A stretch of DNA of 64,000 nucleotides. Source: Azolla caroliniana. Taxonomy: Eukaryota > Plantae > Polypodiophyta. The DNA lies in assembly GCA_043228905.1 (NCBI GenBank), contig JBHGNT010000017.1, positions 13,578,001 through 13,642,000 of the forward strand. The letters run 5' to 3'. Shown here piece after piece: positions 24,401-37,888 of this stretch. A program made the position numbers and the translations under genes. Position 1 is the first letter of the stretch. Every line of letters begins with the position of its first letter. The notes under the pieces are model-generated. The model was given only the letters and a program-made list of their open reading frames with translations. It had not been told where the DNA came from and ran no database searches.

Positions 24401-26459
24401 GATTAATTCGAATTGCATGACCCAAATTCCCCCATTCAGGGTGAAGAATCCGACCCAAGTAAGGCTAAGCATAAGAAAAGAACAGTTTGATGGTAAGATA
24501 AGTGCCCAATGTTGGACAACAAAGTTCAACATCGATAGCATGTACTAGACCATCTGGAAGCTCAGGTAGTAAATCTGAATCTAATGCATGGAGTGGAAAA
24601 AATGCAAGGAACAAAAAATATGATGATAGAAAGGGAAAACAGAAGATGCAAGAATATGAAATGCTTGATGATGGGTCTAGAAACATGGAAGATGTAGATT
24701 CAGATACATCATTGGATGATGAGATTGGTATAGGAGCTTTGAAAATCCCTAGTATGGAAAAGGAAATGAAAGATGCAAATCAAAAACTGAGAAGATCAAA
24801 TAGAGAGAAAAAGACAGTTGAAAGATTTGGTTATGATACATATATGGCTATGTATTATGCATACATATCTAAAGTGGTACAAATCCCTGATCCAAATAGT
24901 TTTGATGAAGCAAAATCTGATAAGAAATGGGTGAATGCAATGCAAGAAGAAATAGATGCATTGGCTGAAAATAGAACATGGGATTTGGTAAAGTTACCAA
25001 AAGGAAAAAATGTGGTAGGTTGCAAATGGGTTTACAAGAAAAAGCATGATTCAAATGTAAATGTTAATAGACATAAAGCAAGACTTGTGGCAAAGGGATA
25101 TGCCCAGATGCATGGAATTGATTATGATGAAACATTTGCACCGGTTGCAAAGATGGCAACATTGAGGACACTACTTGCTATGAGTGCAACCAAAAGATGG
25201 GTTCTGCACCATATGGATGTAAAAAATGCTTTTTTACATGGTAACTTAGAAGAAGAAGTGTATATGTGTCAACCACCAGGTTTTGAAGATAAGAAGCATC
25301 CAAAATATGTTTGTAAGCTAAAAAAGGCTCTTTATGGATTGAAACAAGCACCAAGGGCATGGCATAAAGAACTTTCAGAATCTCTGAAAAAAATTGCTTT
25401 CAAAATGTCAAAGGTTGATCCATCATTGTATGTAAAGAAGATAAATGATTGCATTGTTGTTATCTTGATATATGTTGATGACTTAATCATTGGAGGTCAT
25501 TCCATGGATGAAATAAGAAAGCTCAAAAAAAAAAACTGGAAATGCAATTTCATATGAAGGATTTGGGAGAGTTGAGATACTTTCTTGGCATTGAGATGAT
25601 CAGATCTGAAAGTGGTATATATATGTTGCAAAAACAGTATGCAACAACTATGTTGAAGAAGTATGTTATGCTTGGATGCAAACCTATTGGTGTACCACTA
25701 GATAAGAACTACAAATTGAGGGCTAATTTGGGAGCCAAAATAGAAGATGTAAATATGTACAGGTCTATGGTGGGTAGCTTCATATATTTGACCATAACAA
25801 GACCTGATTTGAGTTATGTTGTTGGATTAGTAAGCCAGTTTATGCAATAGCCAACAAAGCCACATTTGGATTGCATAAGAAGAATTTTGAGGTAGGTAAA
25901 AGCTACTCAAAATTATGGACTGTTTTACAAGGTAGATATGGACATAAAGTTGGAGGGATATACAGATGTTGATTGGGCTGGAAGCTAAACTGACAGAAGA
26001 TCCACAAGTGGATATATTTTTACATTGGGAAGTGCCGCTATTTCATGGAGTAGCAAGAAACAAACTACTATTGCACTATCAAGTACTGAAGCTGAATATA
26101 GAGGAGCTGCAATAGCCACTTGTGAAGAGGTATGGATCAGAAGATTGCTTTCTGATTTGGGAGAATATATAGATGGTGCAGTCACAATTTGCTGTGAGTA
26201 TATGAGCAACATTCAATTGGCAAAAAACCCAGTGTTCCATGCAAGAACAAAGCACATTGAAGTGCATTATCACTTTGTTAAAGAAAAAGTGATTGATGGA
26301 GACGTAGATCTGCTATATGTAAGTACAAATCAACAAGTTGTTGATATTCTTACGAAGGGATTGAGCATGGAAAAACATACACAGTTTAGAGACATGATGG
26401 GAGTTATAACCATCGGCATGGTAGCTGAAAAGCATGAAGAAAAGAAGATTGTAGATGAT
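21449..26459 (+). mobile_element. AT-rich Ty1/copia element B, decayed, lacking its 3' LTR
   Basis: 5' LTR 21449-21876 (TGTTGAG...GTAACA) with internal CTATTTAGCTAC repeats; PBS TGGTATTAGAGC 21877-21888; gag, zinc knuckle CWYCGKLGHTQAEC, PR, INT, RT (YVDDLII), RH (SSTEAEYRG, KHIEVHYHFVKE) across 22014-26430 with stops. Confidence 0.94.
24376..24492 (-). mobile_element. 117-bp retroposed insert (5'-truncated non-LTR element or SINE with a (TATC)n tail)
   Basis: 8-bp TSD GTAAGATA at 24368-24375 and 24493-24500; (GATA)n run at the left end; removing the insert plus one TSD (125 bp) puts ORFs 23945 and 24502 in the same frame. Confidence 0.75.
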
Positions 26460-26663
26460 GTAGAGAGAGGGAGAGATAGAGTGAGCAGGTGACAAAACTT
26501 TCTATTAGAAAAATGACTCTGTACATACAACTGTGCTCATAGAGCATTTTATATACAAATATTTGACATAGGTTAGGGCTATCAGCTCCCCGCCGATCCG
26601 GCCTAGCCTATTGGTCTCAGTCTAATCCGGCCCATATTGAGCTTGTCACTCAACACTCCCCCG
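26460..26663 (-). repeat. Partial second copy of LTR A plus the first part of its PPT
   Basis: Matches 19123-19394 with an internal deletion. Confidence 0.85.
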
Positions 26664-28247
26664 TGAAAACGATTACTTGCGGAAGTGTTAGACAACAGAG
26701 AAAGCAGAGAATACACAGAGTACATGGGAGAGACAAAGAGAGCAGAACGTAAAAGCTATATTCAAAACAATATAGACACTCTGTCATCTTACAACTGTGC
26801 TCAGTAGCACTATTTATACAAGTCCTCGTGGGACTGACAGAAGTACCGCGTACTTCACACACGAGCATCTGACACTTACTACGAGACTATAACTGCCTAG
26901 TAGTCTAAACTAATACTAGGCTTCCCGTTACCGATTGGATCCGGCTAACCGGCTCCCCAACTCACCGGCTCTGTTGCTTACCGGCTTGGTTGCTCACCGG
27001 CTTACCGATCCGTCTCGCTCATTGGCTTACAGATTCGTCTCGCTCACCGGCTCAGGCTTATCCAACTGATCCGGCTCCAGTTGAGCTTGTCGCTCAACAC
27101 TCCCCCTCAAGCTCAACTTGAGGTTGGATCCAAGTGTCAGTCTCTGTGGCAGTCGGTTCTTCCAACCGACTTCTCCTGGCGTCGCCCCGCCTTGCTCGCG
27201 CTCCTCGTCCGGTCCGGTTCTGTTTGCCGCGACCCCTCTTGTTCTGTGCACCTCGACCTCCTCGGTCGGCTTGTCTGCTCAACAGGCCCAATTCAGCTCC
27301 CTTGCTGCTGTGACTTTGGCACGTTCGGGTTCGCCGATTCCTTCATGTTGGCGTCGACTCTTGGCCTTGAATTGATCCGGTTCTTCTAAATTTGTCTGTT
27401 GAACCAAATCGATTGACTCCGATTCGTTCCAGCTCTTGTCTGAATCGGTTGCTCGCGATTCGTCTTCTGGTTCCAAGCCCTTCACCACATCGGACTATGT
27501 CCGGGTCTTGGCCTTCTTCCTTCGGTCGGCTTTGTCCTTCTTGACTCTGCCTCCACTGCTGCTTGTTCTGACTTGTTCGGACGTGTCGACATCCCTTGTC
27601 GACTCGACTCCTTTCTTCTTCTTGACTCTCCCTTCGTCGGTTCTTCCCTCACCGGCGCAATCGGCAGTCTCTTTGCCTTTTTTGCCCGTTCTGGTGTCTT
27701 TGCCCGTTCTCCCCCTCAAGTGTGGCACGTCGAGATGTTGAACACCAAGCATTTCGGTGAAGTGTTGCAACTTGTCCGATCCGAGTGGTTTGGTGAAGAT
27801 GTCGGCAATTTGCTGATCCGTGTGAACATACCGAAGTCCGACCTCCCCGCTCAGGACACACTCACGCATGAAGTGATAGTGCACTTCTATGTGCTTTGTG
27901 CGAGCATGGAATATGGGGTTCTTGGCGATTTGCATGCTGCTTATGTTGTCACAGTAGACTAGAATCGGGGTCGGTACCTCGATCCGTAGGTCTTGCAGCA
28001 GTCGCCGAAGCCAAATGGCTTCACAAGTGGCAATGGTAGCGCCCTGATACTCAACCTCAGTGCTCGACAAAGCAACTGTTGGCTGCTTTTTGCTACTCCA
28101 CGCAACAGCTGCGCTACCTAGGGATAACATGTAACTGGAGGTTGATCGGCGATCTGATGCATCGCCGGCCTAGTCGGCATCTGTGTAACCGACCAGCTCT
28201 TCAAGTATACCGTGCCGGTATAACAGGCCCCGATCCTTCGTGCAGCT

Positions 28248-28433
28248 TGTCGAATACAAGTGTATAATGGACGTATTCACACTATCCCTTTGTATAGATC
28301 AAGTTTGGGCCATTTGTGTAATTAGCATAAATGGTAGATGCCCTAAGTCTGTCACTATATATAGTGACCTTGTAACCTTCTTGTAAGGTTGGGTTGTATT
28401 ATTGCTTTATGGAATAGAAAGAGTCGTTTTGTG

Positions 28434-28472
<39 letters not shown>

Positions 28473-31400
28473 GTGCAACGACCTAGAAACTGTCATACGC
28501 AGGTACAGAAAAGAATCGAATGCTTCTTGATCTTCCGCATAGACGACCTCGTCTCCAACATCTGGTATCAGAGCCTGCACAGTATTCGGTTCTTCAATCC
28601 GCTGTCGGACGTCGTCTCAGCCTGCACAACATTCGGTTTCCTGCGTCATTCGAAGAAGAGAAAAGAAGAAGAAAAAAAAAACGAGGCTTGCATCTCATCG
28701 CGTTAGATCATCTTCGCTTGGAGTAAGCCAGCCGGTTGTACTCTGTTTCTTGTGATCGTAACCGCTCGAGGTGAAATCCCCTTGTGCAACATTGACACGA
28801 TTGTGCTCCACTCGGTTAAACGGCATCCGAAGAGGTCATCAAACGCCGCTCGCCGCTCATTGTAACCACTCGGTGCAGATCGGTCTCAAGACAACAACCC
28901 CAATTCGTGCTTCATCCGGCTGATCGACATTCGAGAGGATCAGTTGGATCCGTCTCTCTCGTCGCTGCAGTCACCCGAAGCAGAATCGGTCCAAACAATC
29001 GGATTCAATAATCGGTATTTGGCATATATATTCGGAAGCGAACCGGGCTCACTCCGACTCGGCAACATTCGGGAAGACCAGTCGGTTCTGTCCCTCAAGT
29101 TACCGGAGTCAATTCGAGGAAGATCAACAATACATATATTCGAAGCCGAACCGACTCGGGTTCAAATCCGACTAGAACGATACCGGGTGAGCCAACCGGC
29201 TGCACTCCAACAAGGTTCGTAGTCAACTCCGAACCGAGCTTCGTCAACCCAAACCAAATTTGATGGCATCAACATCCGGCTCGTCAGAAATGAGTCTACG
29301 AAAGTTCGATGGATCGAACTTCAACTTCTGGAAGGAGCAAATGCAGGACTATCTCATAGTCAAGGGGCAAATCGATCCCATCGAAAATGAAGAACCTCCA
29401 GAAGGATACAAACCAATTGAGTGGCAGAAGCTGGACAGAATCGTCCGCGCCACGATTCGGATGCACCTATCGGAATCGGTATACTTTACGGTGCAATCGT
29501 GTACGACAGCATTCGAACTGTGGAAAACACTGTCGGACACCTACGAAAAGAAGGTCGCTGCAACGAAGATGTTTCTGATCCGGCGCCTCTACAACTTGCG
29601 GATGAAAGAATCCGATTCGGTTCAAGCACATCTCAATGAGTACGAAAGCATAAGCTCCCAAATCTCGTCACAGGGGACGGCAATCGAGGATGAACTCAGA
29701 GCAATGATACTCATGAGCAGCCTTCCCTCATCATGGGAAACTTTCGTCACAACCGTGTGCAACGCGTCAACCACGGCTGTTAAATACTCCGAAGTCACGA
29801 GCGCAATCCTGACCGAAGCAGCTCGGAGAAAGTCTTTCGCCAAAGACTCAACAGACGACGCTTACGTAGTACAAGGTTCGACAGACCGATCGAACATATG
29901 AGGAAGAGATTCCTCACGGCCGCCGAACAATCAGCGAAGACGGAGCCAGTCACGGGATAATCGAATCTGCAACTATTGCAAGAAACCCGGACACATCAAA
30001 GCCGACTGCCGCGCACTCAAGAACAAGAACGACAAGTCTCAGAGATCAGACAAGAAGAGTGGCCGGCATGAGGAGATCAATTACGTCAGCTTCTCAGCTG
30101 ATGTGCTACCAAACGACCCGAATATACTATCAATCGAAAATCCAGTCGGATCAGAAGTTCTGCTCACGACTGAAGAATCGAGCACATGGCTCTTAGATTC
30201 GGGCGCGTCATTTCATGTGACTCCTCATCGATCCCAATTTCGGCAATATACGATCCGTCACTCCGACTCAGTTCGAGTCGGTAACTCGCAACACTGTGAC
30301 ATCATTGGAATCGGCACAGTAGAGCTCAACCTTGCAGGTGGCTCTACACTTGTACTTCACAATGTCCGACATGTACCCGAGCTCTCAAGGCCATTGATCT
30401 CAGTCGGACAACTAGATGAAGACGGCATTCGTGCCGGTTTTTCTTCGGGAGGGTGGACACTCCACAGGGGGAACCTCCTGCTTGCTAGAGGACCCAAGAT
30501 ACACTCACTATATCCGTTACATGTTACGCTCAGAGAGGGTAACCTGTTTTTGGTGGATATTCCTGTGTCATCACTATGGCACAGAAGATTAGGACACCTC
30601 AGCAAGGCCGGCATTACGCATCTATCTAGAGCCGGATACATCCCTAAACTCTCCTTCTCCGATCATCAATTCTGCGAGCATTGCCAGTATGGCAAACAAG
30701 CAGCCGCATCACACCCGACATCAGCACCAAGAGAAACGAGACCTCTCGATTTGGTCCACTCGGACGTCTGTGGCCCAATGCCGCATCAGTCTCTCGGCGG
30801 TGCCTCTTACTTCGTCAGTTTTATTGACGATTCGACTCGAAAGGTGTGGGCTTATCCAATTCGCACCAAAGATCGTGTCTTCTCGATCTTCTCCGATTGG
30901 CTCGCTATGGTAGAAAATCAAACCGACCGAAAACTGAAATGCTTTCGGACCGACAATGGGGGAGAGTTCAAATCAGAAGAATTCGTCAAATTCTGCCGAC
31001 AACGCGGCATCCGACGTGAATTTACGGCACCACACAGTCCGGAGCAAAACGGGATTGCCGAACGCATGAATCGGACAATCCAAGAACGGATAGTTTCCAT
31101 GCTCCAACACTCCGGACTGTCAGATGGCTTCTGGGCAGAGGCTCTACTCACGGCAGTACACATAATCAATATGTCGCCAAGCAGACCTCTAGGACTTCAA
31201 ACTCCTCAGGAACTATGGATCGGCAGTAAGCCGAATTACGACAAGCTGAGGATCTTCGGATGCGAGGCGTACGCCCTTATTCCGAAAGATGATCGCCGAA
31301 AACTTGCACCTCGGTCCAGGAAATGCATTTTCCTTGGATATGGATCCGACGGCGAAATGGGATACCGACTCTGGGATCCCGAACGCAGACAAATCGTCCG

Positions 31401-33643
31401 AAGTTCGGACGTTGTGTTCAACGAGTCGGCTATGAATCCATCAGTCAAAACACCGATCGAAGTCCGAAGGGTAACATTTTCCGATGTGCCGACCCTTCAA
31501 GAAGGCCCCTCTCTTAACACACGGTCAGCTTCATGGGTAGCTGAACCTTACACTACCGATTCGGACAACTCTGACTCGGCACAGCAGCTTTCGGACCATC
31601 CGACCTCGATACCCGATGCGACCAGTCCAATCATACCTCGACGATCCGAGAGACTGTCGCAACCTCCGGAGAGGTATTCTCCTGGAATTTTCTTCACCGA
31701 CGCCGGCGAACCGACGTCTTACGAAGAAGCATCGACATCTGTCGATTCCGCCACCTGGCATCTGGCGATGGAGTCGGAAATGCACTCCATTCGGGCAAAC
31801 AAGACTTGGGATCTGGTCGAATTACCTAGGAACCGACGTGCTCTTCCTTGCAAGTGGGTTTATCGACTAAAAGAGACGTCTGATTCGACCACCCCAAAGT
31901 ACAAGGCCAGATTAGTTGCGAAGGGCTTCCGACAAGAATATGGCGTCGACTTCGACGAGATTTTTTCACCAGTGGTGAAAATGCCAACCCTTCGTTTTCT
32001 ACTCGGCGTAGTGGCAGCCGACAACTTGGAGCTGATTCAGCTAGATGTCAAAACAGCATTCCTCCATGGTGATCTTGAAGAGGAAATTTATATGGAGCAG
32101 CCAAAAGGCTTCGTGGCAACTGGCCAAGAACATCTAGTCTGCCGACTCAGGAAGAGTCTATACGGCCTCAAACAGGCACCGCGACAATGGTACAAGAAGT
32201 TCGACGACTTCATCCAATTGATCGGCTTCTCAAAAAGCGATGAGGACCATTGTTTTTTTACCAACACAGCTCAAGATGGATCACCCATCTTCCTCATCAT
32301 TTACGTGGACGACATGCTAATTTCTGGACGCCACGCGGGCGAACTTGCCGATCTCATTCGGCAACTGCGGTTGAAGTTTGCCATGAAGGACCTCGGTCCG
32401 GCACGACACATACTTGGCATGAAGATTAGTCGGCATCGCGATCAACGACATCTTTTTTTGTCTCAGACCGACTATATCGGACGTGTCTTGGAACGCTTCA
32501 ACATGCAATCAGCCAAATCTGCTTCAACCCCGCTCCCCATGAATCTTCGGCTCTCTCAGCGAGACTGCCCGACATCCGGTCCGGAGGGGGAAGATATGAA
32601 GTCGGTACCGTATGCACCGGCAGTCGGCTCCCTTATGTACCTGATGGTCGCGACACGGCCTGATATTTCTCATGCCGTAGGAGTCGTTAGCAGATTTATG
32701 CACAATCCTGGCCGATCGCATTGGAACGCAGTCAAGCATGTGTTCAAATATCTGGCTGGCACAAAAGACCACGGCATTCTTTTCGGTCCGAACTCAACTA
32801 CAGGCGTAGTCGGTTACACCGACTCGGACTTCGCCGGCTGTATAGACAGTCGGAAATCAACAACTGGATACTGCTTCAAATTCGGCAATGGAGCAATTTC
32901 GTGGAAGTCGAAACTTCAGGAGTGCACAGCGACCTCAACGACCGAAGCAGAATATGTAGCTGCGTCCGACGCTGCAAAAGAAGCTTTGTGGCTCGGCCGG
33001 CTGGCGCACACGTTTCGACAAGTCGACCATGACTCGGCCCCAGTTGTCTATAGCGACAGTCAAGGTGCTGTTGCCTTGTCGAAAAATCCGGTTCACCACA
33101 ACGCCTCCAAACATATCGACGTTCGATATCACTTCGTTCGGGACTGCGTCATTTCAGGGAAAATCGGTCTAGAGAAAATATCCACAACCGACAATGTCGC
33201 AGATGGAATGACCAAGTGTCTTTCGGCAGACCGCTTTCGGTCCCTTCGGCATCAGATGGGCGTAACGACAAACCAGTCCGGTTAGAGCCGGACACATCGC
33301 AGGATAGTTTCCGACAATCGGCTTCAACTCTTCCGACCCGACCAGTTCGGTCTTCTGCCTTCGGACCCTGCCGACTCGAACAAAACCGATATGTCCGAGA
33401 ACCTAGGTTTATGCCTGTAATCTTAGATAACCCATGTATACGCCCATTACGGGGGAGTGTCGAATACAAGTGTATAATGGACGTATTCACACTATCCCTT
33501 TGTATAGATCAAGTTTGGGCCATTTGTGTAATTAGCATAAATGGTAGATGCCCTAAGTCTGTCACTATATATAGTGACCTTGTAACCTTCTTGTAAGGTT
33601 GGGTTGTATTATTGCTTTATGGAATAGAAAGAGTCGTTTTGTG

Positions 33644-33680
<37 letters not shown>

Positions 33681-33768
33681 GTGCAACGACCTAGAAACTG
33701 TCATACGCAGGTACAGAAAAGAATCGAATGCTTCTTGATCTTCCGCATAGACGACCTCGTCTCCAACA
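28248..33768 (+). mobile_element. Young full-length Ty1/copia element D (Tnt1/Tork-like)
   Basis: LTRs 28248-28560 and 33458-33768, identical by eye except one CT unit; TSD CAGCT (28243-28247, 33769-33773); PBS TGGTATCAGAGC 28563-28574; PPT GGGGGAG 33451-33457. Confidence 0.98.
29263..33285 (+). pseudogene. Gag-Pol polyprotein of element D with a single in-frame TGA at 29899-29901
   Basis: ORFs 29260-29901 and 30103-33285 are in the same frame and the stretch between them is stop-free (zinc knuckle CNYCKKPGHIKADC); PR WLLDSGASFH, INT, RT YVDDML, RH STTEAEYVA. Confidence 0.95.
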
Positions 33769-36700
33769 CAGCTTACATATCGCAGTATCCGTTGCGCGCA
33801 CTGAAGGTGCTCCATGGTCGGCTTCTGCATCAACTGACTTATCATTCCGATCGGATAGCTGATGTCGGGTCGCGTGATAGTCAAGTAAATAAGGCTTCCG
33901 ACAATTTGTCGGAACCGTTTCTCGTTGCAGGCTGGTCCGGAGTTGGGATGAAGCTTATGGTTCTAGTCCAAGGGTGTGGAGATAGGTCAGCATTCTGCCC
34001 TGCCGAACTTGTACAACATATTCAAGAAGTAATGTCGTTGTGAGAGCAATATGCCGTCGGGGGTTCGGATCACCTCGATCCCAAGAAAATAATGAAGGTC
34101 CCCCAGGTCCTTCATCTCAAATGCGTCCGACAATTGGGACTTGACGCGGTTGACTTCTGGAAGACCCGGTCTGGTGATGACTAAATCATCAACATACAAC
34201 AGGATACATACTGGACCGGCTGAGCCTTGCCGGATGAACAACGAAGAGTCGAACTTGGAGGCCGCAAACCCCATCTTGCGCAACTGGTGCGTGATCTTCG
34301 CATTCCAAGCTTGAGGGGCTTGCTTCAGGCCGTACAATGACTTCTTCAGCCGACATACCGCCGACTTGTTCATCTCTGATTGAAAACCGGGGGGCGGAGT
34401 CATAAAAACTTCTTCTTCAAGATCACCCTGAAGAAACGAATTCTTCACATCCATCTGGTGAGAGATGCCACCCTCTTGCTGCAGCAACCGCCAGCACCAC
34501 ACGAATCGTCGTCATCTTAGCTACTGGAGCGAAGGTCTCGTCGTAGTCAATTCCGTGGGTCTCCGCGTATCCCTTTGCCACTAACCGAGCCTTGTACCGG
34601 TTAACTGAACCGTCGGCGTTGTACTTTACCTTGTACACCCACTTGCATCCGATCGGTTTACAATGACGGGGAGGGTCAACTAGGTCCCATGTCTCGTTGA
34701 CATCAAGTGCCCGCATTTCTTCCTCCATAGCGGCACGCCAATTTGCGTCCTTGGCCGCTTCTGCGTAGCTCTCCGGCTCACGCACTTCCGCCACCTTAGT
34801 CATGTACGCATAGTGATGCGCCATGTACTCATTGTACCTGTACCACGTGACGGGATCCTTCTAGCGGGTGGACCGGCGTAACTCACCGTTACCCGGTTTG
34901 AGGCCCTTCTTGGCCGGTTCGGTCTTCGTTGCCGAGGATCCGCCTTTCTCCTTTCCAGAGTCAGATGCACACCGATCCGAATTCCGGCATCTTTTTCTTC
35001 CCTTTCTCTTTGCGCGTGAACCGTCTCCTTGGTTCCTTGCGCGGGGAGAGCACGGTAGAGTCTCCACTACTCGTCGGTTCCTCATTGGTCTCTCGTTCGG
35101 CCCGCTCAACCGAAATGATTCCGGACTCTCATCCTGAGTCCACGCTTCATCATCATCTACCTGGGCCGGTTTAGGCTCACTAGCCTCATCCTTCGGCATC
35201 GGATCGGATTCGGAAGTCAGAGCCGGTAAGGAGTACCACGATGCCGATTCATCGAACTCAACATCTCGACTAACTCAGACCTACTTTGTCCGGGGGTTAT
35301 AACACTTATAACCCTTTTGCTCTTGAGCATAGCCGATTAGGATGCATTTTTCCGATTTTGCATCCAGCTTCCTCCGTTTCTCATCTGGTACATGCACATA
35401 TGCAATGCTACCGAAGATTTTAAGGTGTCTCAAATTCGGCTTACGCCCGAAATACAGCTCGTGAGCTGACACCTTCTCACTGATCCGGTTCTAGATGTAG
35501 ACAGCTGTTCGGACTACCTCCACCCAGTAGAATTTGGGCATGCTCTTCTCCTCCAGCATTGCCCTTGCCACATCAATAAGCGACTGGTTCTTCCTTTCGG
35601 CAACACTGTTCTGTTGCAGTGTGTATCTGCAGCTGAACTCTCGCCGAATTCCCTTTTGCTGCAGATAACTGTTGAATTGGCCGGAAAAGTATTCTTTTCC
35701 GCCATCCAACCGCAGGCATTTGATCTTCCTCTCCGATTCCCATTCCCCCATGCTTTGGAGACTCAGGAAACACTCGAAGACTTCACTCTTCCGCTCAATG
35801 AGGTAGATCCATGTGTGCCGCGTATAGTCGTCAATGAAGGAGACGAAATATCGACTCCCGCCAAGACTAACATTCTGTGTTGGTCCCCACACATCCGAAT
35901 GGATAAGGTCGAGCTTGTTACGGCTTCGGTGTTGCTTCCCGAGTTGGCAAGCTTCACATACTTGGGCCTTCTGGCCGCTAAACTTTGGCAAACCGAAAAC
36001 AACTTGTTTCGTTTGCAAGTCTTGAAGCCTCCGGTAATTGACGTGGCCTATCCGCTTGTGCCACAGGTCGATGTCTGATTTGTCCTTCTGTCCTTTTGCA
36101 AATAGAGTGGTGCCGACGTCATTGGTGTCGAGGATAAACACCCTCCCGTCTCTGCGCCCTTGCGCAATAATCTGGCCCTCTTGCTCGATGAAGCACCCGA
36201 GGTGCGTAAACCGCACCTACATCCCTTGGTCGACGATCTGTCCGACCGACACCAGGTTCTTCGTGATTGTCGAAACGTGTAATACGTTCATAAGCTTCCC
36301 CTTCTATCCTACGTAGCTCAAAGGGACTTCTCCGACGTGCACGATTGGGTGAGGAGTGTCGTCTCCGATTTTGACTATTCATGGTTGATCCGGTTTGTCC
36401 AAAAAGGAGAACCACTCTTTGTGGCTCGTCATGTGGTTCGACGCATCAGAATCAACATACCACACTTCCTCCGATTTGGAAGTGGTCTTCTTCATCGAGT
36501 TCGCCTCGTGCTTCATCACCAAGGCTGGCTCGTTACCGTTCTTGGATCCTCCCGATCCCTTCGCGTAGTGCGAGCTTTGTCGGTCATCCTTGCCGGCCTT
36601 GCCAGATCCGGATTTGTCTAAATCGGCGCATTTTCTCTAGCACTCGCTTTCTCTGTGGCCCTTTTTGCCACAGTACCAACATTCCATTGTAGTCTTCTCT

Positions 36701-37888
36701 TGTCGTCTTCCGGTGCTGCCATGACTCCCCCTGCTCCCGGAGGGTCCAGAACTACTGTCGACACGTTCTCTGTGCCTTTGTTCCTGGTCTTGCCGGCCGC
36801 CTCCATTGTGTGCCAATCCGCTTCCGTGTATAGCATCCGGTTGTCAATGGGTGCGCTCGTTGATGCACCGGTGTGGTTCTCCTCCACAAGGAGCATCGAC
36901 TGTAAGTCGAAAAATGACGGCGTATTCTCCCTTGTACATACCGCCGTTCGGAACGCTTTGAACTTAGACGCCAGGCCCCCAAGACAGACTTGTACCATCT
37001 CGTCTTCCTCTACGGTAACGTTTATAGAGGCAAGCGAGTCACATATCTCTTTGATCCGAGCCGTGCAATCCACCACTGACATGTCCTTCTGTCGGACATT
37101 GCTCAACTCCTGTCGGAGTTGCAGCTTCCGGGCTGTAGTGCTCGCAGCGAAAACCTTCTTCAGGTTTCCCCAAGCCTCCTTCGGCGTCTTGGCGTCTCGG
37201 ATGTGGCTCAGCAGCTGGTCTCCGACACTGGATACGAAGCAGTACATCACTCTGCTTGCCGATTGTTCCCACACTGGGAAATCCTTATGTGCCGCATCAG
37301 GTGCTGTTTCGTTGGCTCCTTCGACGAAACGCCAGTAGCCATGCCCAAGCAGGTACTGGTGCATCTTGTACGACCAAGATGCATAGTTGGATCTGTCGAG
37401 TTTCTCCACAGGGAGCGAGCTAGCCATTCCTCTATCCATCACTTCTTTGTCTGTTGTTCTTACGACCTGTTAGGGTTTGCTTTCAAGCGTTTGTCGGCTG
37501 CAGAGGCTCTCAACCCTCGTGCTCTGATACCATGAAAATGATTACTTGCGGAAGCGTTAGACAACAGAGAAAGCAGAGAATACACAGAGTACACGGGAGA
37601 GACAGAGAGAGCAAAACGTAAAAGCTATATTCAAAACAATATAGACACTCTATCATCTTACAACTGTGCTCAGTAGCACTATTTATACAAGTCCTCGTGG
37701 GACTAACAGAAGTACTGCGTTCTTCAATGCTCACACGAGCATCTGACACTTACTACGAGACTATAACTGCCTAGTAGTCAAAACTAATACTAGGCTTCCA
37801 GTTACCGATTGGATTCGGCTAACCGGCTCCCCAGCTCAGGCTTATCCAACCGATCCGGCTCCAGTTGAGCTTGCCGCTCAACACCCCG

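Larger units (their letters stand above)
26664..37883 (-). mobile_element. Full-length decayed Ty1/copia element C, interrupted by element D
   Basis: 3' LTR 26664-27099, 5' LTR 37533-37883; TSD CCCCG (26659-26663, 37884-37888); PBS TGGTATCAGAGC 37521-37532; PPT 27100-27111; gag 37442-36618, INT, RT (YVDDLVI), RH 28130-27495. Confidence 0.95.
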
